Source: Candidatus Methylopumilus sp. (GTDB lineage: Bacteria > Pseudomonadota > Gammaproteobacteria > Burkholderiales > Methylophilaceae). From it: DNA of 64,000 nt. Positions 53,244-64,000 of this stretch are shown one piece after another; position 1 is the first letter of the stretch; each line of letters begins with the position of its first letter. The notes under the pieces were generated by a model. That model made no database searches, was not told where the DNA came from, and was given only the letters and a program-made list of their open reading frames with translations. The stretch spans positions 15,318-79,317 of the forward strand of contig DAIOGA010000003.1 of assembly GCA_036745495.1 (NCBI GenBank). The letters run 5' to 3'. The position numbers were made by a program, and so were the translations under genes.

Positions 53244-54503
53244 ATGCATTTATCTGAATTAAAACACCTCCCCATTGCACAACTCGTAGAAATGGCGATC
53301 ACGGACGAAATCGAAAATGCGAGTCGCATGAGAAAACAAGACTTGATCTTCGCGATCTTAAAAAATAAAGCAAAAAAGGGAGACAGCATTTTTGGAGATG
53401 GCACTTTAGAAGTGCTTCAAGATGGTTTTGGATTCTTAAGATCACCAGATACTTCATACCTAGCAGGTCCTGATGATATTTATGTATCACCTTCACAAAT
53501 TCGCCGCTTCAATCTTCATACAGGGGACACAATTCAAGGTGAAATTAGAACACCTAAAGATGGTGAACGTTATTTTGCACTAGTCAAAGTTGATCAAGTA
53601 AATAACGAAGCGCCAGAAAATACAAAACACAAAATTCTTTTTGAAAACTTAACACCTCTTTTCCCAACCATACCTCTTACATTAGAAAGAGATATCAATG
53701 GTGAAGAAAATATTACAAGCCGTGTGATTGATATGATCGCACCCATTGGTAAAGGCCAACGCGGTTTGATTGTAGCGAGCCCTAAGAGTGGTAAGACTGT
53801 CATGATGCAAAATATTGCACATGCGATTACTGCGAACCATCCCGATGTTTCTTTGATCGTGCTTCTAATTGACGAGAGACCAGAAGAAGTGACTGAAATG
53901 ACAAGATCTGTGAAGGGTGAAGTGGTTGCATCTACATTCGATGAGCCTGCTACACGTCACGTTCAAGTCGCTGAAATGGTGCTTGAAAAAGCTAAGCGTC
54001 TTGTTGAACATAAAAAAGATGTAGTCATCCTTTTAGATTCCATTACAAGATTAGCAAGAGCTTATAACACGGTCATTCCTTCGTCAGGCAAAGTGCTCAC
54101 TGGTGGTGTGGATGCCAATGCACTTCAAAAACCAAAACGTTTCTTTGGTGCAGCACGAAATATTGAAGAAGGTGGCTCACTCACTATCTTAGCCACTGCT
54201 CTCATTGATACAGGCTCTCGCATGGATGATGTGATTTACGAAGAATTTAAGGGTACCGGCAATATGGAAATTCACTTAGATCGTAAAATGGCTGAAAAGC
54301 GCCTCTATCCTGCAATTAATGTGAATAAATCAGGCACCCGTAAGGAAGAACTCCTTATTCCTAAAGATAATTTACAGAAAATCTGGGTGCTTAGAAAACT
54401 TCTACATCCAATGGATGACCTGGAAGCGATGGAATTCTTGCTGGACAAGATTAAAGCTACTAAAAATAACAATGACTTCTTTGACAGTATGCGAAGAGGT
54501 TAA
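53244..54503 (+). CDS. rho: Transcription termination factor Rho
   Basis: DGFGFLR, GKGQR...[15 protein letters not shown] and [11 protein letters not shown]. Confidence 0.99.
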   Translation: MHLSELKHLPIAQLVEMAITDEIENASRMRKQDLIFAILKNKAKKGDSIFGDGTLEVLQDGFGFLRSPDTSYLAGPDDIYVSPSQIRRFNLHTGDTIQGEIRTPKDGERYFALVKVDQVNNEAPENTKHKILFENLTPLFPTIPLTLERDINGEENITSRVIDMIAPIGKGQRGLIVASPKSGKTVMMQNIAHAITANHPDVSLIVLLIDERPEEVTEMTRSVKGEVVASTFDEPATRHVQVAEMVLEKAKRLVEHKKDVVILLDSITRLARAYNTVIPSSGKVLTGGVDANALQKPKRFFGAARNIEEGGSLTILATALIDTGSRMDDVIYEEFKGTGNMEIHLDRKMAEKRLYPAINVNKSGTRKEELLIPKDNLQKIWVLRKLLHPMDDLEAMEFLLDKIKATKNNNDFFDSMRRG

Positions 54504-54516
54504 GGCGTAAAATTGA

Positions 54517-54545
54517 TTGATTTTTGGTCCTAAATCATTGATAAT
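54517..54545 (+). promoter_or_regulatory. Probable sigma70 promoter for rpmE
   Basis: TTGATT, 17 bp, GATAAT, followed by a GC-rich discriminator GCGC. Confidence 0.55.
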
Positions 54546-54576
54546 GCGCATCTATTGAACGAAAGTTGGAAAAATT

Positions 54577-54777
54577 ATGAAAGCTGATACACACCCAAAT
54601 TACCCTGAAATTAATATCACATGTAGCTGTGGTAATAAATTTAAGACACATTCAACCGTTGGTAAAGATATGAACATTGAAGTTTGCTCACAATGTCATC
54701 CTTTCTACACAGGTAAACAAAAGATTTTAGATACTGCAGGCCGTGTTGAGAAATTCAAACAAAAATATGGCATGTAA
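54577..54777 (+). CDS. rpmE: 50S ribosomal protein L31 (Zn-binding type)
   Basis: [20 protein letters not shown] and GRVEKF. Confidence 0.97.
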   Translation: MKADTHPNYPEINITCSCGNKFKTHSTVGKDMNIEVCSQCHPFYTGKQKILDTAGRVEKFKQKYGM

Positions 54778-54794
54778 GGATTTATTCGTATGTC

Positions 54795-54823
54795 AAAAGG
54801 CAGCATAGGCTGCCTTTTTTTTT
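54795..54823 (+). terminator. Intrinsic terminator after rpmE
   Basis: AAAAGGCAGC-ATAG-GCTGCC followed by a long T-run. Confidence 0.9.
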
Positions 54824-54830
54824 ATAAATT

Positions 54831-56462
54831 ATGCGATTTCAACTCGAACACGACTGGCAAGATAACATGGCCACCCCCCGAAGCCGATTAGGCGAGCGGG
54901 CCAAAATTCATTCGTTTGTGGTGTTATGTCTGATCTGGGTATTTGCAGGTCTTTTTGGTCATGCGCCTTGGAAAGGTTATGAGACCCAGAGTATAAGTGC
55001 GATTCATGCTGTATTAAATGGTCATATATTAGCACCTCTGGCTGCAAGCGAAGATACGCTTACGAATCCACCCCTTTACTATTGGACTGGGGCTATCCTT
55101 GGCAAACTTCTCACACCCTTAATATCACTTCATGATGCTAGTCGCCTCATTAATGCTTTATGGATGGGACTTACTATTTTGATGGTCGGTATGGTAAATC
55201 GAGAATTATGGGGTATCGGTTTTGGAAGACAAGCAGCGCTTATTTTTATAGGATCAGTTGGTCTCATCTTTAATGTTCATACATTAATGCCAGGTATTGC
55301 AATATTGACAGGTATCACGATGGGATTTTATGGCTTGGCTCTTTCTAAAAGACGTCCCTTTAGATCAGCCATACTTCTAGGTTTTGGTTTAGGCTTAAGC
55401 TTTTTATCAGGGGGCGTCATACCGCTTCTTAGTCTTGTGCTTTCAGCACTACTTTTGCCAGCATTTTTTGAGATATGGCGAACGCGTCGCTATGGGCTTG
55501 TTTTAAGTTTAAGTCTTCTTGTGAGCTTACCTTTTTTAATGGTATGGCCAATACTTCTTTGGTGGCACCAACACGACATATTTATGACATGGATAAATAG
55601 TTTACATTTATTCCAAACGCAAAATTATATTTTTTACATTAAGAATCTTTCCTGGTTTGCTTGGCCAGCACTTCCTCTGGCCGCGTGGGGTTTATGGAAA
55701 TTCAAACATAAAATATGGTCTCAAGCCAAATTTCAATTACCGATTATTTTTTTCGTATCAACACTCATCATCACTGCTTCTTATGCAAAAACGAATCAAT
55801 CGCTCTTGATGCCATTTCTGATTCCATTATCAACCATTGCGGCAGGAAGCATTGAGACATTAAGAAGAGGTGCTGCGAGTGCATTGAATTGGTTTGGGAT
55901 TATTTTATTTTCAACGATCCTTTTTCTTATTTGGCTGGGCTGGAATGCGATGCTTACAGGCTTTCCACAAAAAACATATGAGCGTATGCAATTTTTAGCG
56001 CAAACAAATGAATCTCATTTCAATATTTTTATCTTAATCATTGCAATCCTTCTGACAGTCATTTGGATTTTTTCTATGATTAAAACAAGAATTACAAATC
56101 GCTCATGTACGACCAATTGGTCAATTGGCCTCACAGTAAGCTGGGCCCTTCTGATGGCTTTATGGCTTCCATGGATTAATCACAAAAAAGACTTTAGTCC
56201 ACTTTTTTTATCTATGGAAAAAGTGATTCAAGATAAAACTTGTCTCACAACACATAATATCAATGACGCACAAATTGATTTGATTGATTACTATTTAAAT
56301 ATCAAAGCGACCAGAGAAGGTGATCGAAGCAATTGTCATTACTTACTTGTCTATCAATTGCACAAAAAAGATCTTCCACCGATGAGTGAAAATTGGAAAT
56401 TAGTATGGAATGAAAAACAACCCGGTGATAAAAATAATTACAAACTATTCTATAAAGAATAA
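54831..56462 (+). CDS. ArnT/PMT-family (GT-C fold) membrane glycosyltransferase
   Basis: Polytopic membrane protein with GHAPWK..E, PPLYYW and WFAWPALPLA; position after rpmE is typical of Betaproteobacteria. Confidence 0.75.
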   Translation: MRFQLEHDWQDNMATPRSRLGERAKIHSFVVLCLIWVFAGLFGHAPWKGYETQSISAIHAVLNGHILAPLAASEDTLTNPPLYYWTGAILGKLLTPLISLHDASRLINALWMGLTILMVGMVNRELWGIGFGRQAALIFIGSVGLIFNVHTLMPGIAILTGITMGFYGLALSKRRPFRSAILLGFGLGLSFLSGGVIPLLSLVLSALLLPAFFEIWRTRRYGLVLSLSLLVSLPFLMVWPILLWWHQHDIFMTWINSLHLFQTQNYIFYIKNLSWFAWPALPLAAWGLWKFKHKIWSQAKFQLPIIFFVSTLIITASYAKTNQSLLMPFLIPLSTIAAGSIETLRRGAASALNWFGIILFSTILFLIWLGWNAMLTGFPQKTYERMQFLAQTNESHFNIFILIIAILLTVIWIFSMIKTRITNRSCTTNWSIGLTVSWALLMALWLPWINHKKDFSPLFLSMEKVIQDKTCLTTHNINDAQIDLIDYYLNIKATREGDRSNCHYLLVYQLHKKDLPPMSENWKLVWNEKQPGDKNNYKLFYKE

Positions 56463-56466
56463 AAAC

Positions 56467-56679
56467 TCAAAGATGCTTTTTGATAGCATCGATCACGATG
56501 ATTTCTAGACCCTTACCTGCATCTTTTGCAACGTGTTCTTTAATTTGATTGCGCATAGGAGGTGCCCAGAATTTCTTTAAATGATTTGCAATCTCTTCTT
56601 TGGCTTTTTCTTGATCCGGATAGGATTTAAAAAAAGAGCCGATCTGATTAGCCATGGTAACAAGTTGATCAATATTCAT
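56467..56679 (-). CDS. fdsD: NAD-dependent formate dehydrogenase delta subunit
   Basis: LVTMANQIGSFF and HLKKFWAPPMR. Confidence 0.92.
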   Translation of the reverse strand: MNIDQLVTMANQIGSFFKSYPDQEKAKEEIANHLKKFWAPPMRNQIKEHVAKDAGKGLEIIVIDAIKKHL

Positions 56680-56681
56680 AA

Positions 56682-57500
56682 TTAATTTTTTGTAACTCTT
56701 TCAGCATAAGTATAAATCACGTAATGAGGGGCTCTCGCAAACCCAACCAAACATACACCATATTTTAACGCAGATCGTATGGCAAGTCCCGTAGGTGCCG
56801 ATATCGCAACCAACATCGAAGCGCCTAGCATCACTGTTTTTTGGACCATCTCATAGCTTGCTCGACTTGTGGTGATCACAAAGCCTTTGTCAGCGATGTC
56901 TTTTGCTTTAATTGCGCCAATCAATTTATCCAAAGCATTATGTCGTCCCACATCTTCCCGCACAATTTGAATGTCACCTTGTTCGTTGGCCCATGCGCAT
57001 GCATGTGTCGCCCCCGTTTTCTTTTGGAGTGTTTGTGAGGCATGCATTGACTCAAGTGCTTTAATTATTGAACTCTCTTTAATGTTTAGAAGATGATCTA
57101 TCTTTTTTTCTGGCAATCTTAACGCTTGGTCTAAATTTTCAGCCCCACATAATCCACAGCCTGTTCTGCCAAGAAGATTTCTGCGTTTATTTTTGAGTGA
57201 TTGAAAACATTCTGCTGCAATATCAATTTGAAGTTCGATACCATTAGCTTGACGAATAATCTCAATGCCGTAGACATCGCTTTTATTTTCTACAATACCT
57301 TCTGAAATAGAAAAGCCTAAGGCAAAATCTTCAAGATCTGAGGGAGAAGCTAGCATGACAGCATGTGAGATGCCGTTATAGACAAATGCGATCGGCACTT
57401 CCTCTGCAATATCATCTTTTTCTATTTTATTTACATGACTTTTTAAAACTTCATAAGTCTTAAAACTATGCTCTGTATCAATAAAAAGATTTTGTGCCAC
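56682..57500 (-). CDS. fdhD: Formate dehydrogenase accessory sulfurtransferase (FdsC/FdhD)
   Basis: EEVP, GCGLCG, EDVGRHNALDK and SRASYEMVQK. Confidence 0.95.
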   Translation of the reverse strand: MAQNLFIDTEHSFKTYEVLKSHVNKIEKDDIAEEVPIAFVYNGISHAVMLASPSDLEDFALGFSISEGIVENKSDVYGIEIIRQANGIELQIDIAAECFQSLKNKRRNLLGRTGCGLCGAENLDQALRLPEKKIDHLLNIKESSIIKALESMHASQTLQKKTGATHACAWANEQGDIQIVREDVGRHNALDKLIGAIKAKDIADKGFVITTSRASYEMVQKTVMLGASMLVAISAPTGLAIRSALKYGVCLVGFARAPHYVIYTYAERVTKN

Positions 57501-57509
57501 TGATTAAAT

Positions 57510-60356
57510 CTAATGAATTTTTAATGCGTTAGATTTACCTGCAAATTCAATTTGCTCTTCACTGAAATGTTGATATTGTTTCTGCCAGTCAGATAATTGT
57601 GTTACTTTGCTGACTTGCACTGCTGTCACTTTAAACTCAGGACAGTTTGTCGCCCAATCTGAGTTATCTGTCGTAATCACATTGGCTCCTGATTCAGGAT
57701 GATGGAATGTTGTATAAATCACACCGGGCTGAACGCGTTCTGTGATGTGAGCTCTTAATACAGTCTCTCCTGCTCGACTTACAATCCCTACCCAATCACC
57801 TGATTGAATCCCTCTTTCTTCAGCATCATGCGGATGAATTTCAACCACATCTTCTTCATGCCACGCGACATTCTTTGTTCTTCTTGTTTGTGCACCGACA
57901 TTATATTGAGAAAGTATTCTGCCTGTTGTTAAAATGAGTGGGAATTTCTGTGTCACTTTTTCTGAAGTGGGTACATACTCAGTAATAATAAATTTACCTT
58001 TGCCACGCACAAATTCATCAATATGCATAGTCGGTGTTCCAAGCGGATGTTCTTCGTTACAAGGCCATTGAATACTACCTAATTCATCTAGCTTCTGATA
58101 ACTTACACCGGTAAATGTAGGAGTAAGTTTTGCAATTTCATCCATGATGTCAGAGGCATGCTTATAATCCATCTTGTAACCTAGCGCATTGCAAAGCATC
58201 TGTGTGATTTCCCAATCTTCATAACCATTCTTAGGAGACATCACTTTTCTTACTCTTGAAATACGTCGCTCTGCATTGGTAAATGTGCCATTCTTTTCTA
58301 AGAATGAAGAACCTGGTAAGAATACGTGCGCATACATCGCGGTTTCATTTAAAAATAAATCTTGAACAATGACGCATTCCATCGATTCCAAAGCATGCGT
58401 CACATGTTGCGTATTTGGATCTGATTGAGCGATGTCTTCACCCTCACAATAGAGTGCTTTAAATTGGCCATCGATTGCGACATCTAACATATTTGGAATT
58501 CTTAAACCGGGTTCATTTTGCAATTTCACATCCCATGCTTTTTCAAATAAAGCTAAAGTAGCTTTATCAGACACATGTCGATATCCTGGGAATTCATGTG
58601 GGAAGGATCCCATGTCACAAGAACCTTGTACGTTATTTTGTCCTCTTAAAGGATTTACTCCAACACCTTCTCGACCAATATTACCTGTCAGCATCGCAAG
58701 ATTCGCAATTCCCATGACCATGGTTGAACCTTGACTATGTTCTGTCACACCTAATCCATAATAGATCGCAGCATTACCGCCCGTCGCATAAAGTCTTGCG
58801 GCGGCTCTCACCTCTTTCGCATCCACACCTGTGAATGCACTCATTGCTTCAGGTGAGTTTTCTGATTTAACAATAAAATCTTTCCATGCCTTAAAAGCTT
58901 CATCTTCACATCGCGCTTTTACAAAGGATTCATCCATAAGTTTTTCTGTCACGATCGTATGTGCTAATGCATTCACCATAGCCACATTGGAACCAGGTTT
59001 AAGTTTTAAATGATGATCGGCTTTGATATGAGGTGAGTTATCGACAAGATCAATCGCACGTGGATCTACAATAATTAATTTTGCACCTTCTCTTAAACGT
59101 CTTTTCATTTGTGATGCAAATACAGGGTGACCATCTGTAGGATTCGCACCAATAATTACGATTACATCGGCATGCATCACTGAATCAAAATTTTGTGTGC
59201 CTGCTGATTCACCTAACGTTTGTTTGAGTCCATATCCTGTTGGTGAATGACATACGCGAGCACAAGTATCCACATTATTATTTCCTAATGCTGCACGAAC
59301 TAATTTTTGTACGACATACACTTCTTCATTCGTACAACGTGAAGATGAAATCGCACCCACCGAATCGCGACCGTATTTTTTTTGAATGCGCTTAATTTCA
59401 CTTGCTGCATAATTAATCGCGACATCCCATGTTACTTTTTCCCAAGGATCATGAATGCTTTTACGAATCATAGGTGTCGTAATGCGATCTTTATGAGTAG
59501 CGTACCCCCATGCAAATCTTCCCTTCACACACGAGTGTCCATGATTAGCCCCGCCATCTTTATTAGGCGTCATACGAACCACTTCTTCACCTTTCATTTC
59601 TGCATGGAATGAGCAACCAACACCACAATAAGCACAAGTCGTTGTGACGCTATGTTCAGGAACGCCTGCTTCAATAATCGTATTTTCAATTAATGTAGCG
59701 GTTGGGCAAGCCTGCACACATGCACCACATGAGACACACTCTGAATCTTTAAAGTCTTTATTGCCTGCTGAAACTTTAGAATCAAATCCTCGACCTTGAA
59801 TCGTGAGCGCAAAAGTGCCTTGCACTTCTTCACACGCCCTCACACATCTCGAACATACAATGCACTTTGAAGGATCGAACGTAAAATAAGGATTTGAAGT
59901 ATCCTTCTCGCTCTTTAAATGATTTTCACCTTCATAGCCATAGCGGACATCTCGAAGACCTACAGCGCCTGCCATATCTTGCAATTCACAATCACCATTC
60001 GTCGCACAAGTTAAACAATCGAGCGGATGGTCAGAAATATAAAGCTCCATCACGCCACGTCTAATATCAGCGAGCTTAGGTGTTTGAGTGTGCACTTTAA
60101 TACCTTCTGCAACAGGAGTAGTACATGAAGCTGGGTAGCCTCGACGGCCTTCAATTTCAACCAAGCAAAGGCGGCATGAACCAAATGGTTCTAAGCTATC
60201 TGTGGCACATAGTTTAGGAACAGTAACACCCGATACAGATGCGGCATGCATAATGGATGTGCCCTCAGGCACAGATACAGACACACCATCAATCGTTAAA
60301 TTAATCGTCTTATCAGAAGTTCTTTTTGGGGTTCCAAAATCTTTTACATCATCCAT
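57510..60356 (-). CDS. fdsA: NAD-dependent Mo-formate dehydrogenase alpha subunit
   Basis: N-terminal 2Fe-2S/4Fe-4S motifs, CAYCGVGC, active-site CARVCH (Cys ligand) and LRGQNNVQG. Confidence 0.96.
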   Translation of the reverse strand: MDDVKDFGTPKRTSDKTINLTIDGVSVSVPEGTSIMHAASVSGVTVPKLCATDSLEPFGSCRLCLVEIEGRRGYPASCTTPVAEGIKVHTQTPKLADIRRGVMELYISDHPLDCLTCATNGDCELQDMAGAVGLRDVRYGYEGENHLKSEKDTSNPYFTFDPSKCIVCSRCVRACEEVQGTFALTIQGRGFDSKVSAGNKDFKDSECVSCGACVQACPTATLIENTIIEAGVPEHSVTTTCAYCGVGCSFHAEMKGEEVVRMTPNKDGGANHGHSCVKGRFAWGYATHKDRITTPMIRKSIHDPWEKVTWDVAINYAASEIKRIQKKYGRDSVGAISSSRCTNEEVYVVQKLVRAALGNNNVDTCARVCHSPTGYGLKQTLGESAGTQNFDSVMHADVIVIIGANPTDGHPVFASQMKRRLREGAKLIIVDPRAIDLVDNSPHIKADHHLKLKPGSNVAMVNALAHTIVTEKLMDESFVKARCEDEAFKAWKDFIVKSENSPEAMSAFTGVDAKEVRAAARLYATGGNAAIYYGLGVTEHSQGSTMVMGIANLAMLTGNIGREGVGVNPLRGQNNVQGSCDMGSFPHEFPGYRHVSDKATLALFEKAWDVKLQNEPGLRIPNMLDVAIDGQFKALYCEGEDIAQSDPNTQHVTHALESMECVIVQDLFLNETAMYAHVFLPGSSFLEKNGTFTNAERRISRVRKVMSPKNGYEDWEITQMLCNALGYKMDYKHASDIMDEIAKLTPTFTGVSYQKLDELGSIQWPCNEEHPLGTPTMHIDEFVRGKGKFIITEYVPTSEKVTQKFPLILTTGRILSQYNVGAQTRRTKNVAWHEEDVVEIHPHDAEERGIQSGDWVGIVSRAGETVLRAHITERVQPGVIYTTFHHPESGANVITTDNSDWATNCPEFKVTAVQVSKVTQLSDWQKQYQHFSEEQIEFAGKSNALKIH

Positions 60357-60395
60357 ATATTGTCTCTAAATAAATCACCAAATCAACGTATTAGT

Positions 60396-61949
60396 CTATG
60401 CCTTGGGCTCTTTTGCATCAACCCCAAAGTCTTTAGGGAAATGGTTTAAAGCGCTCAAAACGGGGTAAGGTGTCATGCCACCTAATGCACATAAAGAACC
60501 ATTTAACATGGTGTCTGAAAGGCCTCTAATTAATGCGATGTGTTTCTTAACATCATGACCTTGCATAATATGATCTATCACTTCGACACCGCGGGTCGAT
60601 CCAATCCGACACGGTGTACATTTTCCGCATGATTCAATCGCACAAAAATCAAATGCGTAACGCGCCATTTTTGCCATATTGACTGTTTCATCAAACGCCA
60701 CAATGCCTCCGTGACCTAAGACCGCCCAGATTTCAGAAAATTTTTCATAATCAAGAGGAGTATCAAATTGCGACTCAGGTAAATATGCACCCAAAGGTCC
60801 GCCTACTTGCACGGCTTTAATGGGCTTGCCCGATAAAGAGCCCCCACCAAAATCGTAAAGAAGTTCTCTTAAGGTAATACCAAATGCTTTCTCAATAAGG
60901 CCTGTGCGCTTTAAATTACCTGCAAGCTGAATAGGCAGCGTACCTCGTGATCTACCCATGCCAAAGTCTTGATAATACTTAGCGCCTTTAGCCAAAATAA
61001 TAGGTACGGTTGCTAATGAAATGACGTTATTTACAACTGTTGGTTTACCAAATAAACCTTCAATCGCGGGAAGTGGCGGCTTAAATCGCACCAATCCTCT
61101 TTTACCTTCTAAACTCTCTAATAGCGAAGTTTCTTCACCACAAATATATGCTCCTGCTGCGCGTCTTACTTCTAAATGAAAAGCCTTGCCCGATTTCAAA
61201 ATATCTTCGCCTAAATAACCAGTCTTTGTCGCTTGGTGAATAGCTTCATTTAAAGTCTTGAGTGCGTGAGGATATTCAGAACGTAAATAGATATAACCTT
61301 GTGTGGCATTAACAGCAAGGCCTGCGATAATCATGCCTTCAATCAAGACGAAAGGGTCGCCTTCCATGATCATGCGATCTGAATAGGTGCCTGAGTCGCC
61401 TTCATCTGCATTACATACAATATATTTTTGTGTGGCCTTGGTATCTAATACCGTTTTCCATTTAATCCCTGTCGGGAAAGCTGCACCGCCTCGACCACGT
61501 AAGCCAGAAGCAGTTACAGTTTCTACAATCGCTTCAGGTTTTAAATTCAGTGCATTTTTTAAGCCCTGAAATCCATCATGCGCCATATATTGATCAATAT
61601 TGGTGGGCTCGGTGATACCCATGCGTGCAAAAGTTAAGCGTTCTTGTTTTTTTAACCAATCGATCTCTGCGACCAGACCTAATGCGAGAGGGTGCTTACC
61701 ACCATTTATAAACTCTGCATCAAATAAAGATTTCACATCACTTTGATTGACAGGGCCAAATCCTATTCGACCTTGATGGGTTTCTACTTCAACTAAAGTT
61801 TCTAGCCAAAATAATCCGCGCGAACTATTGCGAATGATTTGAATATCTAATTTTCGACCTTGTGCTTCTTTTAAGATCGCTGCTGCGACTTCATTGGCAC
61901 CAAGAGATAGAGCTGTTGAATCGATGGGCACGAAAATTTTAATACTCAT
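60396..61949 (-). CDS. fdsB: Formate dehydrogenase beta (NuoF-like, FMN/NADH) subunit
   Basis: [26 protein letters not shown] and CGKCTPCR. Confidence 0.95.
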   Translation of the reverse strand: MSIKIFVPIDSTALSLGANEVAAAILKEAQGRKLDIQIIRNSSRGLFWLETLVEVETHQGRIGFGPVNQSDVKSLFDAEFINGGKHPLALGLVAEIDWLKKQERLTFARMGITEPTNIDQYMAHDGFQGLKNALNLKPEAIVETVTASGLRGRGGAAFPTGIKWKTVLDTKATQKYIVCNADEGDSGTYSDRMIMEGDPFVLIEGMIIAGLAVNATQGYIYLRSEYPHALKTLNEAIHQATKTGYLGEDILKSGKAFHLEVRRAAGAYICGEETSLLESLEGKRGLVRFKPPLPAIEGLFGKPTVVNNVISLATVPIILAKGAKYYQDFGMGRSRGTLPIQLAGNLKRTGLIEKAFGITLRELLYDFGGGSLSGKPIKAVQVGGPLGAYLPESQFDTPLDYEKFSEIWAVLGHGGIVAFDETVNMAKMARYAFDFCAIESCGKCTPCRIGSTRGVEVIDHIMQGHDVKKHIALIRGLSDTMLNGSLCALGGMTPYPVLSALNHFPKDFGVDAKEPKA

Positions 61950-62431
61950 GACGCACTCTTTAAATCTGAAATCAGTTGATCTATTTTTTTATTATCTACA
62001 CGGCCATAGACTTCTTCATTAATCATTACACTTGGAGAACATGCACAATTTCCTAAACAGTAAATAGGCTCTAAAGTGATAGCACCATCGGCAGTGGTTT
62101 CATGAAATTCTACGCCAAGCTTCTTTTTAATATGAGCTTCAAGTGCATCGCTTCCCATAGCCTGACAAGACTCTGCAAGACAAACTTGCAGAATATGACG
62201 GCCGGGTTGATGCGTTCTGAAATGATGATAAAAAGTTACAACGCCATGGACTTCAGCCACAGATAAACTCAAAGCTTTTGAAATTAAAGGGTAAGCCAAT
62301 TCTGGCACATAGCCTATATCATCTTGAATGGCATGTAAAAGAGGCAGTAATGCACCAGGCAGGGATTGAAATGCCGCAATATGCTTTTCAATAGCCTGAT
62401 AATCTTGCGGTTTTAAGACAGCCTCAGTCAA
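61946..62431 (-). CDS. fdsG: Formate dehydrogenase gamma (NuoE-like 2Fe-2S) subunit
   Basis: [22 protein letters not shown] and CLGNC. Start uncertain; TTG 62431 chosen because GGAG lies 10 nt upstream. Confidence 0.92.
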   Translation of the reverse strand: MTEAVLKPQDYQAIEKHIAAFQSLPGALLPLLHAIQDDIGYVPELAYPLISKALSLSVAEVHGVVTFYHHFRTHQPGRHILQVCLAESCQAMGSDALEAHIKKKLGVEFHETTADGAITLEPIYCLGNCACSPSVMINEEVYGRVDNKKIDQLISDLKSAS

Positions 62432-62543
62432 CTTAAATGTGCTCCAAAAAATATTGTTTATGCTTAAATTGGTCACTATATTATACTTAAATCATGCGAC
62501 AAAACACCTTAAAACCATGAAGTTATCGACATCTAAAGAAGCG

Positions 62544-63536
62544 ATGATTCAGCCCCTTATTGACCAGTTTCAACGCAAAATTAATTACCTTCGTTTGTCT
62601 ATTACAGACCGATGTGATTTCAGATGCGTTTACTGCATGAATGAGGATATGACCTTCCTTCCTCGCGATGAAGTTTTAAGCTTAGAAGAGTCCTTAAGGC
62701 TTGTAAAAATTTTTACGTCTTTAGGTGTGACCAAATTACGGGTGACGGGTGGTGAACCCTTGGTGAGAAAAAATATTGGCTGGCTTTTTAAAGAATTAGG
62801 TCAAATTGAGGCTTTAAAAGAAGTTGTTCTGACGACCAATGGTAGTCAACTAGTACAGCATGCGTCTATGCTAAAAAACGCTCGCGTCAATCGCATTAAT
62901 ATTAGCCTCGATAGTCTTGATCCTATTATCTTTAAAAAAATTACACGCACAGGCGACTTAAAAAAAGTGCTCTTAGGCATTGATGAAGCTATCCAACAAG
63001 GTTTTTCAAATCTAAAGCTTAATACCGTTTTAATGAAAGGGATCAACGATCACGAAGCTATGAATTTAGTGCATTTTGCAATCAATAAAAAAATAGATAT
63101 TTCATTTATAGAAGAAATGCCTTTAGGTGATATAGATCACACGAGAAAAGATACTTACATTAGCAATGACGTAGTATTAAAAAATTTACAGAGTCATTTT
63201 AATTTAATCCCAACCACTTTTACTTCAGGTGGCCCTGCAAAATACTGGCAGTTAGCCAATCAATCGACTAAAGTAGGTTTTATTTCTCCACATAGCCATA
63301 ATTTTTGCGATACCTGCAATCGGATCAGAGTCTCATCAAAAGGCGAATTATTTTTATGCTTAGGACAAGAGGAAAAAATAGAACTCATGCCTCTTTTAAG
63401 ACAATACCCAAATGAAGATTGGCCTATTCAAAAAGCTATTATAGAAAGCATGACGATTAAACCAGAAGCGCACGATTTTAATCTTGAAATCAATAAACCT
63501 GCAGTTGTGCGATTTATGTCGCATACCGGGGGTTAA
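62544..63536 (+). CDS. moaA: GTP 3',8-cyclase (Moco biosynthesis)
   Basis: CDFRCVYC radical-SAM motif, TGGEP, FCDTCNRIR and C-terminal GG; start is ATG 62544 or 62517. Confidence 0.96.
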   Translation: MIQPLIDQFQRKINYLRLSITDRCDFRCVYCMNEDMTFLPRDEVLSLEESLRLVKIFTSLGVTKLRVTGGEPLVRKNIGWLFKELGQIEALKEVVLTTNGSQLVQHASMLKNARVNRINISLDSLDPIIFKKITRTGDLKKVLLGIDEAIQQGFSNLKLNTVLMKGINDHEAMNLVHFAINKKIDISFIEEMPLGDIDHTRKDTYISNDVVLKNLQSHFNLIPTTFTSGGPAKYWQLANQSTKVGFISPHSHNFCDTCNRIRVSSKGELFLCLGQEEKIELMPLLRQYPNEDWPIQKAIIESMTIKPEAHDFNLEINKPAVVRFMSHTGG

Positions 63537-63542
63537 ATTTAA

Positions 63543-64000
63543 TTGAAAGAAAGAGTCACGGTGGTCATTTTAGCGGGTGGCCAATCAAAACGTATGCAGG
63601 TTCAAAATAAGGCGACTGTTTTATTTAAAGGTAAACCTTTAATTACTCATGTCATTGAGCGCATGAAACCTCAAGCAAAACATATTGTGATTAATACACA
63701 TCAAAATCAAAATGATTTTGAAAAATTTAATTTACCTCTCATAGATGATGCATTATCTATTCAAGAAGGTCCTCTTTTAGGAATATTAACTAGCTTACAG
63801 AAAATAAAAACTGATTGGGTTCAATTCGTGCCTTGCGATACACCCTATCTACCGAATAATCTTATTGCAAATTTAATGAAAGAGATTGAGGCGCAAAAAA
63901 CTTTAGCTGCAGTGCCTGAAACGAATGATGGCTTACAATCAGCATGTCTTTTATGTCACACCTCTACATTAAAAAATCTTCAAGATTTTTTTAATCAGGG
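63543..64000 (+). CDS. mobA: Molybdenum cofactor guanylyltransferase (runs off window)
   Basis: Read by hand: TTG 63543 gives MKERVTVVILAGGQSKRM...NK...GKPLITHVI...EGPLLGI...VPCDTP. Confidence 0.9.
   Translation, partial: MKERVTVVILAGGQSKRMQVQNKATVLFKGKPLITHVIERMKPQAKHIVINTHQNQNDFEKFNLPLIDDALSIQEGPLLGILTSLQKIKTDWVQFVPCDTPYLPNNLIANLMKEIEAQKTLAAVPETNDGLQSACLLCHTSTLKNLQDFFNQ

Noticed and set aside
57510..60356. Selenocysteine recoding in FdsA
   Set aside because: The ORF is open and the Mo ligand is Cys (CARVCH).
62432..62543. Moco riboswitch upstream of moaA
   Set aside because: The spacer is too short and AT-rich, with no multi-stem structure visible.

Overview
AT-rich, very densely packed bacterial chromosomal window made almost entirely of core genes. 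Gene content and order point to a streamlined Betaproteobacterium, most plausibly a Methylophilaceae lineage such as Ca. Methylopumilus/OM43; this taxonomy is an inference. From left to right: a truncated GST gene, pyrD, a JmjC/cupin oxygenase, a tiny Ala/Pro-repeat lipoprotein, dapA-bamC-MBL hydrolase, rsx/rnfABCDGE-nth, M23 peptidase-secA-DUF1289 with dciA, a TauE-type permease, a K+-independent H+-pyrophosphatase, tkt-gap-pgk-purC, rsmE, argA-argB, cca, the full dcw cluster (mraZ to lpxC), RNase P RNA, an orphan C-protein-like XRE regulator, rsmI-pyrC, dolP, trxA-rho, rpmE, an ArnT-like glycosyltransferase, the NAD-dependent Mo-formate dehydrogenase operon fdsGBA-fdhD-fdsD, and divergent moaA-mobA. 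I saw no transposase, integrase, prophage, tRNA, rRNA or CRISPR array. The most interesting signals are five. (1) ArgA carries an N-terminal XRE helix-turn-helix domain, and its own upstream region holds three 13-bp palindromes (TGYA-W5-YRCA); this suggests an arginine-sensing enzyme that is also a transcription factor. (2) The GAPDH has NADP-type substitutions. (3) A restriction-modification controller-like gene keeps its two-box operator and leaderless promoter but has no R-M genes beside it. (4) Two small genes are missing from the ORF track. (5) The mraZ promoter's -35 element lies in the loop of the rnpB terminator, and the dcw leader contains a terminator-like hairpin.
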